64,000 nt of DNA from Curvularia clavata. Lineage: Eukaryota. Positions 48,816 to 63,458 of the stretch are shown piece by piece. Under the pieces are notes generated by a model. It saw only the letters and a list, made by a program, of their open reading frames with translations. It was not told the origin of the DNA and did not search any database. Location: NCBI GenBank assembly GCA_023920165.1, contig CP089277.1, forward strand, positions 1,860,001 to 1,924,000, in the 5' to 3' direction. The translations under genes were made by a program, and so were the position numbers. The first letter of the stretch is position 1. Each line of letters starts with the position of its first letter.

Positions 48816-49567
48816 CGATGATGTCTACATGCGAGTTGTTGATTCCCACTGAGCTTGGGTAATTTGGGGATTTGATACGATGACACGATTAGACGGGTGT
48901 GAATGATATATTATCCAGCTCCAGTGCCTAGTGAACAAAGGCGAAAGAGAAGGACAAAAAAAAAGTCAAATTAACACATCACTAGCGTCGAGCGATCCAT
49001 TGTACTATATACGTTAATGAGTATACCTATTGGTATTGTCTGCACGCTCTTGCAAAACTTGAATTACACCTCCACGGCTCAAGAAGAAAAGGACCCCTCA
49101 TGCCATTCACTCATCTTCCTCTTCATCTGCGCCCACTACCTCACTTCACCACAAGACCCTCCCCTTCTTATCTCGTGGAACTTGGGATCACCGTCTTCGA
49201 TAGCACCAACCCTTCTTCTCTCCCTATCCTCTACATCTGAGTACCCCACTGAAAAACTTCAAAATGACAATGACAAAAAAAAAGGCAACTCGCGGCATGG
49301 GTATCCATCATGTACTTCTTTGTTTTCCCGCCTTTGCATCATCGCTCTTCCTTCTAACCCAATCACCAGAAGAAGAAAAAACATGGAAGATCATGACATA
49401 AGCTGAATAGGTGAACATGATGCTGATGAGGAAAAAAAGAGAGAGGGAGCATATCGTTGTTGTTTACCTAATCTATGGAAAGAAGGCGCGCACATTTGAC
49501 GCACAGGGATGGTAGAATGATATCGGATTACAGATGTGGTAGAAGTAACCAGCAGGGTTATGCTTGC

Positions 49568-51727
49568 TCATTGCGTTGCTGGAACTTCGGGCGTCATGTG
49601 AGGTTGATTTTCTGCTGGTACCGACTGGGACTTTGGCGCTTCTTCGGGTGCGCTGTACGGTGGGGTTGGCGCGGAGAAAAAATTGTCATCTTGCTTTGCG
49701 GCAACTTCTGGGTGGGCGGCAGGTGGTTGTTGTGGGACGGGGTTGACGGGCAGTGCATCAGATTGTGATAGCGTGGGAACACCATTAATGGCAGAGGGTA
49801 CTGCATCTTGCGCCGCGGACGCCGACGATTGGTTGTTAGATGTAGTTTCAGCCTGTGAAGGCGCTGCGTCAGAGGCTTGTGTAGTCTCGCGAGCTACACC
49901 GTCCATAGTGGTATCTGCATCTTGGGCATCGGATCCTGGCTTACGGTAGCGAAGGGTAACCATCAGGCTTGGCTCATCACCATCATCTTCCGAGTCGTCG
50001 GCGTCAGCGTCGTCCTCATCGTCGTCGAGATCCATCTGGTCTGGCTCTTCCTCGTCATCGTCTCCGCCATCCCACGATGTGGCATCCTCGTCGTCTTCTG
50101 AATCCAGCGCTCGGTTCAGTGTACGCCCGTTTGTCATACCCCGGTTGGCAGCACGTCTGGCGCGGCCGTTGCCCGATTGTGGCTCTTCTGACATGTCCGA
50201 TCGTACATAGTCGCCAGTTGCTGGCGATGGGTGGTCTGTGACTTGTCCACTGTGCAATTGTTCACCATATAGGCCTGTTGCCCGAGACCTAACCTGACGA
50301 CCACTAGCGGTGACAGTTGGACCGGCAGGCGCAGCAGGAGTGTCCCGGCCTGATTGCCTGCCAGAGCGGCGTACAGAAAGGTTGTCCGAGTCAAAATCTT
50401 CCTCTTCATCGAATGTGTATCGTTGACGTTTGCCACGGGTACGGCCCTCGTACAGGGAGAAACCAGGTTCTGGGCGTGCAAAGGCGTCCTTGCGTTGGCG
50501 AGTGTATTCGCGTCGCTTTCGCTTCTACAATGATTTTGTCAGCATTAAGAGTACAGGGTTGGTGAATAACTTACAACTTCTGAAGCCTCAAACCGGGGAA
50601 TGGCGTTGAGCATACGCTCGCCCAGTGCCTTTGCTTCTTTGTGCCCATCAACCTCTTCTAGTTTCTTCGCGAGCGCTCGTATTTCATCAATGGAACCGGC
50701 AACGCTAATCCACTGTACTTTCTTTAACTTGGGGTCGGTCTCGCGATAGACGCGGAAATGGGTGTCGTTTTGTCCTTCAACAAGGTAGTACCGACGCTTA
50801 TCACCGTCACGACCCCAAGCCTGCACCGACAAGGGAATATTGGTATCCTGTCGGTCTTTGGTCGTCCGTGATTTGTACGCCGTGTTGATCGTGGTCTTGA
50901 CCTGTTCGTTTTGGTTCAGACTCCACAGGCAAAGTGAGTGGAGGAGAGTTATCTAGCGCGCCGGTCAGCATGTGGCAGCCAGGTGGGCTGAAGATGGCTC
51001 ACCCGCTCTTCCGCTGTCATTGTGTTGAAGCTGCGACCGCCGCTAAGCGGATTGCTGGCCCATTTTGTCGGCCATTGTGATTTTTGGGTTTGGATGGCTT
51101 CTTCGAGAGCCCGGCCATAGTGACCTTTCCTACAAAGAACACCCACGTTAGCATGCGCAATATGCAATTGGGTATGGAGCAAGTCGGCGACTGGAGAAAG
51201 AGTATTGAGGGAGGGTATACGGGCGGGACTAACTCGACAGGCTTTTTGCGATTGAGGACTAGGCCAAGCAACGCGCAGAGTAGACCCTCGACATCGGTCG
51301 AGGGTGTCTCTTCCGCAACACCTGATTCAATATCTTGAGGGCCGACGTGAGGGGAACCGCGTGGAAAAGCCTCGTTGAAGCGCGATCGAAACATGACAAT
51401 GAACTGCGGCATCTGGTATTAGTTGGGCCTTGGTAGAGACATTGTTCGTGATTGCGACGCAACGCCGCGCGTCCAGACGCGACAGACGCGTCTCATACGT
51501 ACAGCGATGTCTGGATTGTCTTCTGGGACAGGCTCATGGGGCGGGGAGGGCTCCCGTTTCTTCGGGGGCGGAGAGGGCGAGCGATGTTTGAAGAAAGTCA
51601 AGATGGTGCCGTTCTTCTTCCTCTTTTTCTGAGCAGGGGGCTTTGCAGTCGCCGCCTCTAGAATTTGGACGTCCATTTCGTCGTCGGTCGGGGGCGCAGA
51701 AGACAGGGAAGAGTCCGAGTCGGCCAT
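49568..51727 (-). CDS. WHIM1/DDT-like chromatin-associated protein; introns 51404-51502, 51130-51233, 50953-51002, 50525-50574
   Basis: Four canonical introns join DNPDIA|FIVMFRSRF, LLGLVLNRKKPVE, SFNTMTAEER|ITLLHSL (WHIM1-like), WGRDGDKRRYY (WHIM2-like), and an acidic disordered tail. Confidence 0.72.
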
Positions 51728-53548
51728 GGTTGCTGGGGGTGGCGGTTGATGTTGTTGGTGATGGTGGTAGTTGCGGCTGCGGCTGCGGGATGGGGAGAGG
51801 AACTGCTAATAGAACACGGTTGGGTATGCATGAGGTAATGCTAATCCGCTAGCACCAGGGATCGACTAAATAAATCTTCATAGCTGGGGTAATCAAGATG
51901 ATGGCAGAATTTACGTAGAGACGCTTTGTTTGATGCAAAAGGACCCAGAGAGAACAGAAAGACGCTGCAACCGTTTTAAAAGCAAAGTCTGAATGGCATA
52001 TATGTCATCAACCTATGTAAAGTTCCTATGGTAATGCGGCGCTTGATTTTGTTCTCAATTTTCTCAATTCTGGGTAAGACAGAAAAGCCGACTCCCACGA
52101 CCACGTCAGGCCGTCAACATTCCTTCTCGCCGCAATCGCCCTTGCCATGCATCTTCTGATGCTGGCACACCCGCCTGTTTATGCTTGTCGGAGCGACCAC
52201 TTTTGCTTTTGCATCTCTTTGGCTCTCGTAGATACGGTCATTCTGGGGTCGCATTGAAGGTACTGAAGACAAAATTGGACAACCGAAATTTTGATGAACA
52301 AAGACACAGAATCGATTGTGTTTGGGGGAGCGTGAATGCTAGTCACTGTTTTGGTGATGCGTGTGATGCCATGACACATGTCGGTGGTTCTGCTGCCGCA
52401 CGCGGCCATGGCAAGGGATCCATAGGAAGGGCTACGAGACGTCCACTACACAGGTCATACAGGCGCATCGCCCACGCCAGAGCCGCAGTGCATGCGCGCG
52501 ATACCTCGTCACTGTTTTTTTGTGATTACTCGTGGGTGTCGAGGCCTAGTTTTCACAACTCCGTCTCTTGTACTAAGTTTTTGGATCGATCAAACGATAC
52601 AGAATAATGGAGGGCTGATTCAACGAGTGGATGTAGCGACTTGGGTAGAGTTCCAGATAGTATGGAAGAAGTTGGCCATGGCTGCAGGCGGGGGAATATG
52701 CGTCGTGGTCGAGGTTGATGTACGGTTACCACGCGGAGACTTGGATGTGCAGCGCATCGGCTTAAGCTTCTACGTCACAACTGTCGAGCAGGGTGATGCG
52801 AGGACGGGGTTGGGATATTGTGGACCTGCCTGAAGTAAAAACCGGTGGTTGAGGTTGGGAATTGCAGATGGCGCTTGCAGGGTCACGTGCACCAACCACG
52901 CTTGAACGGGTGCTATGCATCGGTGCCAACCATGTGTGTGTGTGAAGCTTCCATGGATGGGGATCTGATTGGCTCTGTAAAAAAAAGATTAGTGCAGTGC
53001 AGAGTCAATGACTGAGGGCACTTTGCTGGTGCCATGCTTGCCTGGCGACAAAGGCAGTACAAAAGACGTCATGATGGCGGTTTCTGCAGGGGAATGAAGG
53101 AAGAGTGGTCGAGGACCGGTTGAGGCGAAGGTGACGCAGCAACATGACAGTGACATTGGCAGACAGCGGCAGTATTATTTGCAGCGGGAGGACAGTTCGA
53201 GATAGGAAGGCGATAGTGGAGGCAAAGGCGCCTGGCTGCGTCTTGGAGCGTCTGGACGGGGCACTAGGAGGGCCAACACAAGCTTCTCACGCCCCGTTGG
53301 AGTGCCATGGCGCTTGAGAGGAGCGACGGCCGGGTGGTATAGAGGGCGGTGACAGGGCCGATGGGGCGGCTAGACGAGCCAAGTGTGTTGTGTGTTGAGC
53401 GACTGAAACTTAGCACGGGGCCCATGAGACGATGGCGAGCGTGTGGTTGTGTGTTCTGGCGTTGGCTCTGGGCCAGCCCCGGCACCGCCTAGGCTAGTGG
53501 CGCGCCCATGATCCCCGCAGTGCCTGGCCTGGCCTTGCGTCTGAGTGC

Positions 53549-53569
53549 GTGTGTGTGAGTGTGTGTGTG
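53549..53569. repeat. Interrupted (GT)n microsatellite
   Basis: gtgtgtgtgagtgtgtgtgtg read directly. Confidence 0.75.
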
Positions 53570-53987
53570 TCTGAAGAGGAGGCTACGCTATTACACGCTG
53601 CCTCCACCCATGGGTCCTTGGGCCTTTGGCTCCTGAGGCGGCCCGTTGGCCGGCGAGGGGAATTGGGCCTATAATTGTATTGAACACGCGTTGGCCCGCC
53701 TTCACCATACTACTGTCCACGCCGCCGCCCACAATTACGAAACCCTCCCTCCTCTCCCTCACTTGCCCTCTCGTATCTTGACTCCTACTCACAACCCTCC
53801 CCCCAATCGCTCGGCTTTCGCTCGAGATTGATCGCCCTGCCTATCCTGGTTCCGTCTTGCGTGCACGCGCAATCCGTATCCCTGCACACGGCCCAGTACT
53901 TACTCTCACCACCCACCGCCTCCCCGCCTCCATCTTTTTACTCCTTCCCTCCACGCTGGCCTCTTCTGCACTCTCCAAGTTGCAATC

Positions 53988-55519
53988 ATGAACATCAACA
54001 AGAAATTCGACCGCTTGAAGCAATGGACAAACGAAAAGATGGGCGCAGAGGCCCGCACCGGCCTGTCCGACGAGTTCAAGGCGCTCGAGATAGAGATGAA
54101 CTTGCGTCATGAAGGTATCCACGACTGCGACCCCCGCGCCCACGTCCCAACGTCGTATACTGACTCCCTTTCCCAGGCATGGACAAGATGCACAGCGCCA
54201 TGGCGCTCTATGTCAAGTCGTTATCCAAGCGCGCAGAGGGCGCCGACAAGGAGAAGCAACTTCCAGGTGGCCATTTGGGCTCCTCCATGGTCACCCACGG
54301 CGAGGACTTTGAGCCAGATTCGGAATTTGGCACCTGCCTTTCATGTACGCCCTCCTACGAGTCACACCATATTGTACCCTGCTAACCCCAAGCAGCTTTG
54401 GGTCGGGCAAACGAGCGTCTAGCAAGAGTACAAGAGACGTACATACAAAGTGCTACCTCGACATGGTTAGAGGGTCTGGAGCGCTCCCTGGTCCAAATGA
54501 AAGAATACCAGGTATGGCATTATCTCGTCACAAGACCATCGCTGTCACCAAAGCTAACTCTGCCTAGGCTACCCGCAAGAAGCTTGAGCAACGTCGCCTC
54601 GCCTACGATACCTCACTCGCAAAGATGCAGAAGACCAAAAAGGAAGACTTCCGCATGGAAGAGGAGCTCCGCTCACAAAAGGCAAAGTACGAGGAGACCA
54701 GCGAAGAGGTCTTCCGGAGGATGCAGGACATCAAGGAGTCAGAAGTCGACATGGTCCAAGACCTCACCGCTTTCCTCGAAGCAGAGTTGAGTTACTACGA
54801 TCGCTGTCGTGAGATCTTACTCAATGTTAAGCGCGAGTGGCCCGTCCAGTAAGCCAAATATTGATCAGCATGCTATGCAATTAATCGCTGACGCATTCTG
54901 CAGGGACACCAGAGCTACCCCATCCCGTCCCACACGCTCCCGGTCCAATACTGCACACGGTTACGCCGAACGTTTCAACCCGGTCGAGGAAGAACCGGAG
55001 CCTGAGGTGCCGCGGATGACGATTCCCAAACTGACCAAACAGCGAAGCCGGTCGCCAGGTCCCAGTAATTCGCCCAGCAACTATGCTCTGCGTCCTTCCA
55101 TTAGCCGCACCTCGACCTATGACGATTCCAACGGTTATCGCGATGACTCCCCTGCCCGCAAACTGTCTCGTGTACCCACCGATTCATCCGTCATTTCATC
55201 CGGTCGCAGCAACCTTCGTCCAGTTCGCCAAACCAGTGGAACCCAACAGAACGCGTTTGCCGACGACTATGACGACGATTACGCGCCATCAAACGGAAGA
55301 CGTGAAAGATCGCCTCCCAGTCCTGACACGGCTTCATCGGTTGGCAGTGCACGCGGTAACGTCATGTCTCGAGCTGCCAGCTGGGCCACGGCGGAACAGG
55401 GCGGCAGCGCCAAAAAGGCTCCGCCACCACCACCTCCATCGAGGTCAAAGAAGCCTCCGCCACCTCCCCCGCCAATGAAGCGAAGTGCACTGAGTGAATC
55501 TCAAGTCACTCGCTACTAG
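53988..55519 (+). CDS. Endophilin/Mug137-like BAR-domain protein with Pro-rich tail; introns 54115-54176, 54345-54395, 54512-54567, 54849-54903
   Basis: KQWTNEKMG..RTGLSDEFKALE, HGEDF, RKKLEQRRLAYD, EEELRSQKAKYEE; C-terminal KKAPPPPPPSRSKKPPPPPPP. Confidence 0.88.
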
Positions 55520-56577
55520 CACCAATTCTGGCAATTTCCGTGTTTTCTCCGTTCCATCTTCTCCCGGCTGATCCGCATGGACAGTTGTTGCATGTGAAAC
55601 AATGATTGGTCTTCGGCAAGTATTACTCCGCCGAAAGATAGAAGAAGAAAAGAGAGAGAAGAAAAAAGTCAGAATTCACAGTTGTGAGATTGGCAACCCC
55701 ATCATTGCTGTCATAGACTGCAGGGCGGTCTTTTTTGGCACCACTAACAGCGCAGTAATATCTCCTCTGTCGCTTTTCTCCATATGCGAGTGTAGTATGT
55801 ATCCATCAACGTGTCTGACATATCAACTTCCCTAATGGCGTTTTTTTTTCTTGGTTCAAGGATTTCAACTAGGTGGTCAATAAGGAACAGAGAGCAGAGG
55901 GACGGGCAAGGTCAAGAAAGGATGAGTCAGGTCCTTTGTTTTCTCCGACATATTGCGAATGCACAAAACATAGATCCCTTTTTTTTTGACAATCGAACTC
56001 CGTGTATATATTTTCCTTTTTCCTTTTTTTGCCTCCGTTAGGGTTGAAATTCTATAACGATGAAAGTTGTCCTTATCTTCGAGTCCTGCTTGAAAACATT
56101 GTGGTCACTGCGTGCATTACGTTTTGTGCTCGTATCAGAAACTCCCGACTTTCTCCCTTGCCCGGTTTGGGAAAGGAAAATCATGACTAGGTCTATTTGA
56201 TGGATTGCGTAACCGTCAGATTGGGACTAGTTGCCGTCGGTTGTGTTCTCGTGTGCTTCGTGTGTATTTATAGGCTAATCCCCTTATGCTCAAATGCAAA
56301 GCACAAGCCGGGTGAGAAAGAGAGATGTGTCGTGTGCGCAGAAAAACGAGAGCGAATTTAAGAAAAGAGGTCGGTAGTCTATCTTCATGTACGCGTTGCT
56401 TCTATGTGAGGATACGGATATCAACATGCCTCGCTTCCTTTTCTGTTTTTCCCTGTTTTAGTCTATTTACTGCGCCTAAAGAGCGCAGGTTATGAACGTG
56501 TCCACAGTCTTCTTTCATACGTGCTTCTCCATACCTGAGATTTATGCAAGATCCCTTACTCATATCCACTATATCCC

Positions 56578-59233
56578 TCATTGCGGCTGCTGCTGTGATG
56601 GAAAATTCCAGTTTTCCTATTTGCCACGTTAGCCGTTTGACCTGTCTTACATGTAAATAAAGGCGTCAGAGAGAGACTTACCCACTGCTGTAACCCCCCG
56701 TTCGGACTCGTAGTTCCAAATTCAGTATGATGACTCGCTGTATCCACCGGGACAAAAATAGCGCCTCCAGTGTCCTGTGCACCCGCGCCTCCCATCCCAG
56801 CCCAAACGTCAAAGTCATCGGGCGTAACGCCATTGCTGGTACCATTGCCGGCGCCATTCAGACTCCCGAGTATACTATCGAAATCGACATTCAATCCATC
56901 TAGCGTACCTGTAGTAGGCGTTCGTTGCAATGATCCGTGGATATGTGACGATGAAGACTGCGTATGCTGGTGTCCACTACTGCCAAATCCGGGACTTGTG
57001 ACAGTACTGCTAAATGAAGGCAGAGGCTGCAGTGTGGGATGCTGCTGGGGAGCAAGCTGTTGGCGTTTTTTGTTGAATCCTTTCATTACATAAAATGCTT
57101 CCAGGTTCTCTTTTACAGTGAACAACAGGTCGGAGCAGCGTTCTCGTACCCCGACGCCATAACAGTGACCGAATATGTGATCTATGATGGTAGCCATGCG
57201 TTCTTTGCGAGGCAAGTCGGGCGTACGGTAGAGCTCGGTCAGTAGGAGTAGCACGGCATGGTATTGCTGGTATGTCGTTGAGTACCAGGCCCATGGAGCA
57301 AGTGATGGCAGAGTGTCTAGCGTCGCACCGATTTCCAGTGTTGTCAGGGCAGCTGAGAGAAGAACATCTCGGAGTCGGTTTTCTGACTCGGATCGTGGCT
57401 GAAGTGAGGTTTGAGGGAGGTGGCGGTAGAGCAGCATCGAGTCGCAGCGGGACATGAGTAGAGTAGCGACAAGGCCTGCGTAACGCTGAATTGGAACGTT
57501 TGCATCGAGATACTGCAGGTATTTTGTTTGGATCTGGCGTTTCCTTGCTTCCACCCGGGCGCGTAGGTCGTGCAGTGTAATGTGCTTGCGATCCATTTCG
57601 ATCCTACCACGGAAGATGAGACGGTGGATTTCATTGCATTCATACCTAATCAATGATAGCGTAACGTCTGACCAGCCGTTTCTTGAAGTAGGGTTCTGCT
57701 GCCAGCTGGGACTGCCAAACTCGAATACATCGTCATCGACGTTCAGTGGCAGCGCAATGTCAAAGTCATCTGATCGAATGGAGGGATGCGGGCCTTGGGC
57801 CTCTGCGGTCTTGAAATCGAGAAAGCAAATCTGGTACCATAGTAGAGATCGAACATGGCGTTGCAGGGGAGTCAAGCTGTTGGCCGAGCTATGGCTCAAA
57901 CGGTGAATGCCTATGCACTGCGCTAGACGAACGAGTGCGCCCACTACAACAGATGTCGCTCGAGAGATTTGGGCTCGACAAAGGGGTATCTGTCATGGTC
58001 AACAAATGCTACACGTGGTAGTCGCAGCTCAATGACATACCAAGTAAATGGTCAAAGCTTGCAAAGTGCGAATGTTGGACGTCTTCGCCCAATTAGCGCG
58101 AAGCAGCGCCCGTTCAGTAGCTTTTTGTAGCCTCAAAAATAAGTCTTCTTTTGTAATGCCAAATTGTGACTTTGCCTGCAAGGGGGAAACGGATGCGGCT
58201 GCAGCCATGCAAACTGCAAGAATCAAGGCGGTACACGAGTTCTGATTCGGATTGCCAATTTCAACATTCATCCAGAAGCGCTCGAACAGGCGTTTGAACG
58301 AGGGCAGATGCAAGACATGAGCAAGTGGGCTGACTGCTTGGGCATAGCGTTGAAACAGGGCGTCTGCTTCCATCTTGGTAGGTAGCTGCGGGGGATCCAC
58401 GTCATCGTTTTGACGAAGAGATAGCGAGCCACCCAATAGCAAGTTCAAAGAAGGCGCAAGCGAGGGCATCTGCTCTGCTGACAAGAGGGCGGAAGATTGG
58501 GTTGCCCTTTGGCCTGCGACAGAGGAAGACGGGGTGAAGTTCTCCGACAAGAGCTTGCCGAGCTGCACAACATTTCAGTTCATGTCCGAAAAAACGAAAA
58601 GGGGAACAAGAAGAAGAAGAGACGACGCAGAAATAGGACAGGGCGCATAGATGGGGCAGAAAATACCTCTTCGGCATATTGGGGGCGAAAGAAACCAGTA
58701 ATATTTTCACAAATGATCATCCTCCCGATTCGAATGGTGAGATCAGTCGCAATCTGGTCCTCGTCATCATTTTCATCCTCGTACACATCGTCCTGCGTCT
58801 CCTCGGGCTCGGCGGGCAGCCTCTCCCAGGCATCTGTTTCGGGCTCGACATCCTGCTGGTAGGCCTCCCACTCGTAGTCTCGAGGTGGGGTGCCAGGCGT
58901 GGTGGTGTCGACAGAATTGGCGTTGTCATGTCCTTCGGGTACACTTGCACTGCTCTGCGTGCGCACGGGGAGATTCTTGGTCCAGTCCGGGACCGTGACA
59001 CCGGTGCCACTCTTGCTCTGGGCGCGCTCCCGCTGTTCCCTCTCTTTCTTGCGCGCTGCGCTCTCAGGAACGGTGATGAAGACACAGTCGCGGCCAAAGG
59101 CGGTGCAGTTTTGGCACGGATGCGTCTTGGAACATCGCGACTTACGGGTGCGGCACTCGACGCAGGAATTGATGGGGCGTGGATTTCTCCGGCGGACCAC
59201 ACGAGACTGCAAGACCTGACCTTGTTCTGGCAT
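56578..59233 (-). CDS. Zn(II)2Cys6 transcription factor with fungal TF middle-homology domain; introns 58563-58666, 57990-58040, 56617-56681
   Basis: CVECRTRKSRCSKTHPCQNCTAFGRDC; VLHLPSF, TLQALTIYL, LAQCIGIHR, RSLLWYQICFLD, LPLNVDD. Confidence 0.92.
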
Positions 59234-59696
59234 GTCTCACGATCATCATGTTTGCGCCATGGGGGGTGGTGAAGTGGGAGGGCGGCTGAAGAGATGGAGA
59301 AGAGTAATCGGAAGTCGGCCCGTGAGGATCCCGGCCGCCTTTAACGGTGGCAGGATTGGCTGGGCAGTGCTGCACGTGTTCAGCCTTGTCGGACGACTGA
59401 CCCTCTTGGCTGCGCGCGGCTGAGGGCAGACTTTTCGCCGCCCTGAGACGAGCCATGCAGGTACTGGTGGGGCAGAGACATCATCAGGCAGACGACGGAG
59501 ACGCACACGGCCTTGGTTGCACCTTGGTTGCATATGTTGAGCACCACTATCGACCTATCCGGACATGCAGCATAGTACAGTACCGACTCGCTTCAACGCC
59601 ATACACCAAACCCCTTGCTGGCCCTGCCCAATCCCACAGCCTGTTGCTATCATGCGACGACTTGGGCGGCCATGTCAATACGAGAATACAACAACA

Positions 59697-61635
59697 TCAT
59701 CTGCCCACCTCGCGCTTGAGCCGCGCCGCAGCTGATGTGGCAGGCGGCTCGGGCCACGAATCCACCGCGTCCTCGACTTCTTCTAGGAACGACGTGCTGT
59801 TATGCACCATAGTGCCTCCAAGCACAACGCGAACGCCTGGCGAGCTGGCATTGACTTGAGCAACCATCTTGGCTTCCTCATATGTCGTACCGCCTACCAT
59901 GAAGATGATGATGTCCTGCGGCTTGTCCTTGGTCGACCCGCCACCCTCTACAAACGGATACACCTGCTGGCTCAAACGTCCCTTGATTAGATCCTGCAGA
60001 GTCGCCTCCAAGCGCGGCGAGTGTTGTGTATATACGTTCTCTACCCCCTTCAACCCTTTGAGTCGATCTCGTGCACCTCCAAAGAAGGAGCCGGCTTGGA
60101 ACAGATCAGGCACTCCTCCTGCCCCAGTCGTGACTTGCAGCGAGTCGTGATACGTCATGAGCTTGGTAATGAGGTTGACACGATGTCGTGACAGTCCGCC
60201 AGCGACAGCAAGCAAATCAAGCAGCATTGCTGTAGAGTTGGAAGACGTCTTTGAGTAACGCAGGGCGTAGATAGCAACCAGCCTAAGCTTGTTGTTGGCC
60301 GGTACATTTGGATCCTGTATTATCTTCTGCAATGACTTGACATCGTTGGAGTGATTGTCGGTGCATGCCAGACTCTGTTCCAGCTCACTGATGTCCAGCA
60401 AACTCTCCTCGCCAACCCGCCTGCTCAGCTCGCCGACCAGCGTGACGTGTTTTGTCACGTTACCAGAAAGCTTGCGGAACTCTGGGAAGTCTTCGATGAA
60501 GCGCTTCATGTCTGCTATTGAATCCAGCTTCTGAGACCCTTGCTGCTTGGACGCAAACTGTTCGACATATTCTTTTGCGTTTTGACCTAGGTCACCAAAG
60601 TTGAGATACATGTTCTTTTTGAAAAAAGGATCTTGGTCTTGGGACAGGACAATCTCTTTGAGTTCAGGTCGTATATCCGGCACGTCGCGCAGGTCTACCC
60701 TTCCGTTGTGTATCCCAAGCAGCTCGTGCACCATGGCCTGATACGTCCATTGCGTCAGCAGTGGTGTGACAGGGTCGTCTCTGCGATCGACGATCAAGAG
60801 AATGGGCGGTGTGTCTGTCTTGCGGAAATCGAACAACTGATCCTCCTGCGTCATATGGTATCGAACCTCAGTCGCCAGCTTCTTCACGAGCAGACTGTTC
60901 TTCTGGTATCGAATCAAGGGCTTCTTCTTGAGCGATAACAATAGTGCCATGACCGCCTCAGTAGACCTCTGTAGCGCATCTTGATTCCAAGAATCTGGGC
61001 TCGTACTCCATATGCGGTGGTTGGGGAAGCCGAGGTTGAGGGACATGAGGTCGGGGTTAATGACGAGGAAGTCTGCGAAATATTCCTGGACAGCGCGCAC
61101 AACCTCATGGTCGTCTGCTTCAGCCAGGCGTTCGAGCGATGATTTCTTGATTATGTTGCTAAAGTCTGTGCACATTAGCCACAGTGTATAGCCTCCTTCT
61201 CCTCGCACAAGACATACATATGTTGTATTCGCCGTACTTGGGCTCTCGCAGCTCTTCGATGAGGTTTTGGATAGACTCAGGTGAGGGCCGTACGAAGCAC
61301 AAGCATCGGAGGTGCCGCATCTTTTCCCGTTTCTGGTTGTCCAGACGGCTACCGTAGCATTAGCCATATACCGCATCATGGATCGAAGGGGAGCGGTACT
61401 CGGTGAGATAGACCTCATGGTTGAGGAGGGCGGATTGTGTCGTGGCCGTGGAAACAATCGAAACCTATACCGAGTAAGTCTCCCTCATACAGCTACTTGG
61501 TAGAGCAGACAAACCCACAGTCTCGTTGTCGAGCAGGAGGATCTTCATCTTGGCCGCGGAAGTGCCTGTGGCCGCATTGTCTCCGACCGACACCATTTTG
61601 GTGATGTAGCCGGAGACGGCTTGGATAACGTCCAT
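59697..61635 (-). CDS. VPS45: Sec1/Munc18-family vacuolar sorting protein Vps45; introns 61465-61518, 61349-61399, 61166-61217
   Basis: MKILLLD, LERLAEADDHEVV, DRRDDPVTPLLTQWTYQAMVHELLGI, KGVENVYTQH, FMVGGTTYEEA. Confidence 0.95.
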
Positions 61636-62255
61636 GGCGGCGAGTGGTTCCTCTTCTTCTGGAGGGGCTATGTGAAATCTTGACGCCACAAATCAACAAG
61701 GTCGGGGTGTTGCGCGCTCGTCCATGGCGACGCGGCGGTTGCACAAGCTAGTTGGGTAGGACGTGGCTCAAGCGCGACCCCCAGGGTACGGTGCAGCTAG
61801 CCACAACCCCCGCCAAGGTGACGGTCGGCATTCTTTCGGGCCTCTCTGCAGAACGCTTCAGCCATGTCCTGAATCTAGAAAATTCCCTTCTTGAGAGCAC
61901 TGAACATGTTTCTTTGGTGTTTTTATTGGCGCAATACGAACGTCGCGCCACACCAACAAGCTCCCTCAACCCCGCTTGGCTCGCAAGCGGGGCAGCTGTA
62001 TAGTGATCATCCTCGCTGTACCAATCGCATGCACCATGATGGAAGACTGTCATGCAAACAACCTTGCCGTCATATACGTACCACCTAGAAGAGGGATATG
62101 GTATGCTTGCAGTTGACCAAAGCTGGTAAACACTTCATGCATGGGTACTTTGATAAGCATATTGTTGCTTCGTCATCAACAAGTCGCTTGCTGCTTGGTA
62201 ATGAGATAGGAGGTGGTTTAGAACGACAAGCCTGTGACGACATTGGGGGAAAGGC

Positions 62256-62263
62256 TATATAAA
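62256..62263 (+). promoter_or_regulatory. TATA box of the downstream epimerase/dehydratase gene
   Basis: TATATAAA about 90 bp upstream of ATG 62349, followed by a CA-rich leader. Confidence 0.55.
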
Positions 62264-62348
62264 CTTACTATAATATCCGCACACCAACACAAACTCAATA
62301 GCCATCCTTCAATAGCATTCACCTAACAACTACTCAGACTTTATCAAC

Positions 62349-63458
62349 ATGCCAAAACTCTTCATGTAACCAATCCCGTCCACTTGACCATGACTGCCGA
62401 CTGACCAATTCCCAAGCACCGGCGCAACTGGTTACATTGGAGGTGACATTCTCTATGCTGTTGCAAACACCTATCCAGACCTTGAAATCACGGCCCTGGT
62501 TCGCAACAGCGACAAAGGCGCCAAAGTTGCGGCGAGATTCCCCAAGATCCGCCTCGTCTACGGCACACTTGACAGCACTGAGCTCATTACCAAGGAGGCT
62601 TCCAATGCCGATATTGTCCTCAACTGTGCCAATTGCGACCATTTAGCTTCTGCTGAAGCCATAGTCGCAGGCCTTGCCCGCAGTGCCCGAAAGACCCATC
62701 TCATCCACGTCTCCGGCACTGCGATTGTTTCCTCTATCGACTTGGCGGAAAACACGTACGGAATCAGCCGCGAGAAGGTTCATGATGATTGGGATAACAT
62801 CAGTGAAATCACCGTTTCTCTTCCAGACGCGGCCCCTCATCGCAACGTAGACAAAATTATCTTGGGCGCCAACGAAGCGTCAGCGGGCAAGATCCAATCA
62901 GCCATCGTCTGTCCACCAACCATCTATGGACCCGGCCGCGGCCCTGACAACACCCGCAGTGTTCAAGTCTACGACATGGCCAAGGCAACTCTGGAGCGCA
63001 TGAAGGGTTTTGTTGTTGGAGAGGGCCTCAACCGGTGGCACGAGGTCCACGTTCAAGATCTTAGTGAATTGTTCCTCGCCCTGGTCACCGCTGCTCTATC
63101 ACCTGATGGCGGCAAGGCCACCTGGAACAAGGAAGGATACTACTTTGCAGAGAACGGAGAATTCTCCTGGGGCGATGTTGGACGGAAGATTGGAGAAATT
63201 GCCTTCAAGAACAAGCTCATTAACCATGAGGGAGTTGACAATCTGAGCAAAGAGGAGGCAGATGCGCTGAGACCGTTTGGAAGCTTCCTCTGGGGCACCA
63301 ACTCTCGTGCCACGGCTATCAGGGCCAAGAAGCTCCTTGGATGGACGCCCAAACAGAAGAGCTTGTTTGACCTGCTGCCAGATATTATCGACGACGAAGC
63401 CAAACTGTTAGGTCGTATCAAGCCGCACGCCCAGTTGGCTGCTGAGGGACGATTCTAA
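62349..63458 (+). CDS. NAD(P)-dependent epimerase/dehydratase (atypical SDR); intron 62366-62417
   Basis: MPKLFI|TGATGYIGG, ALVR, LIHVSGT, PPTIYGPG, HVQDL, AKKLLGWTP. Confidence 0.9.
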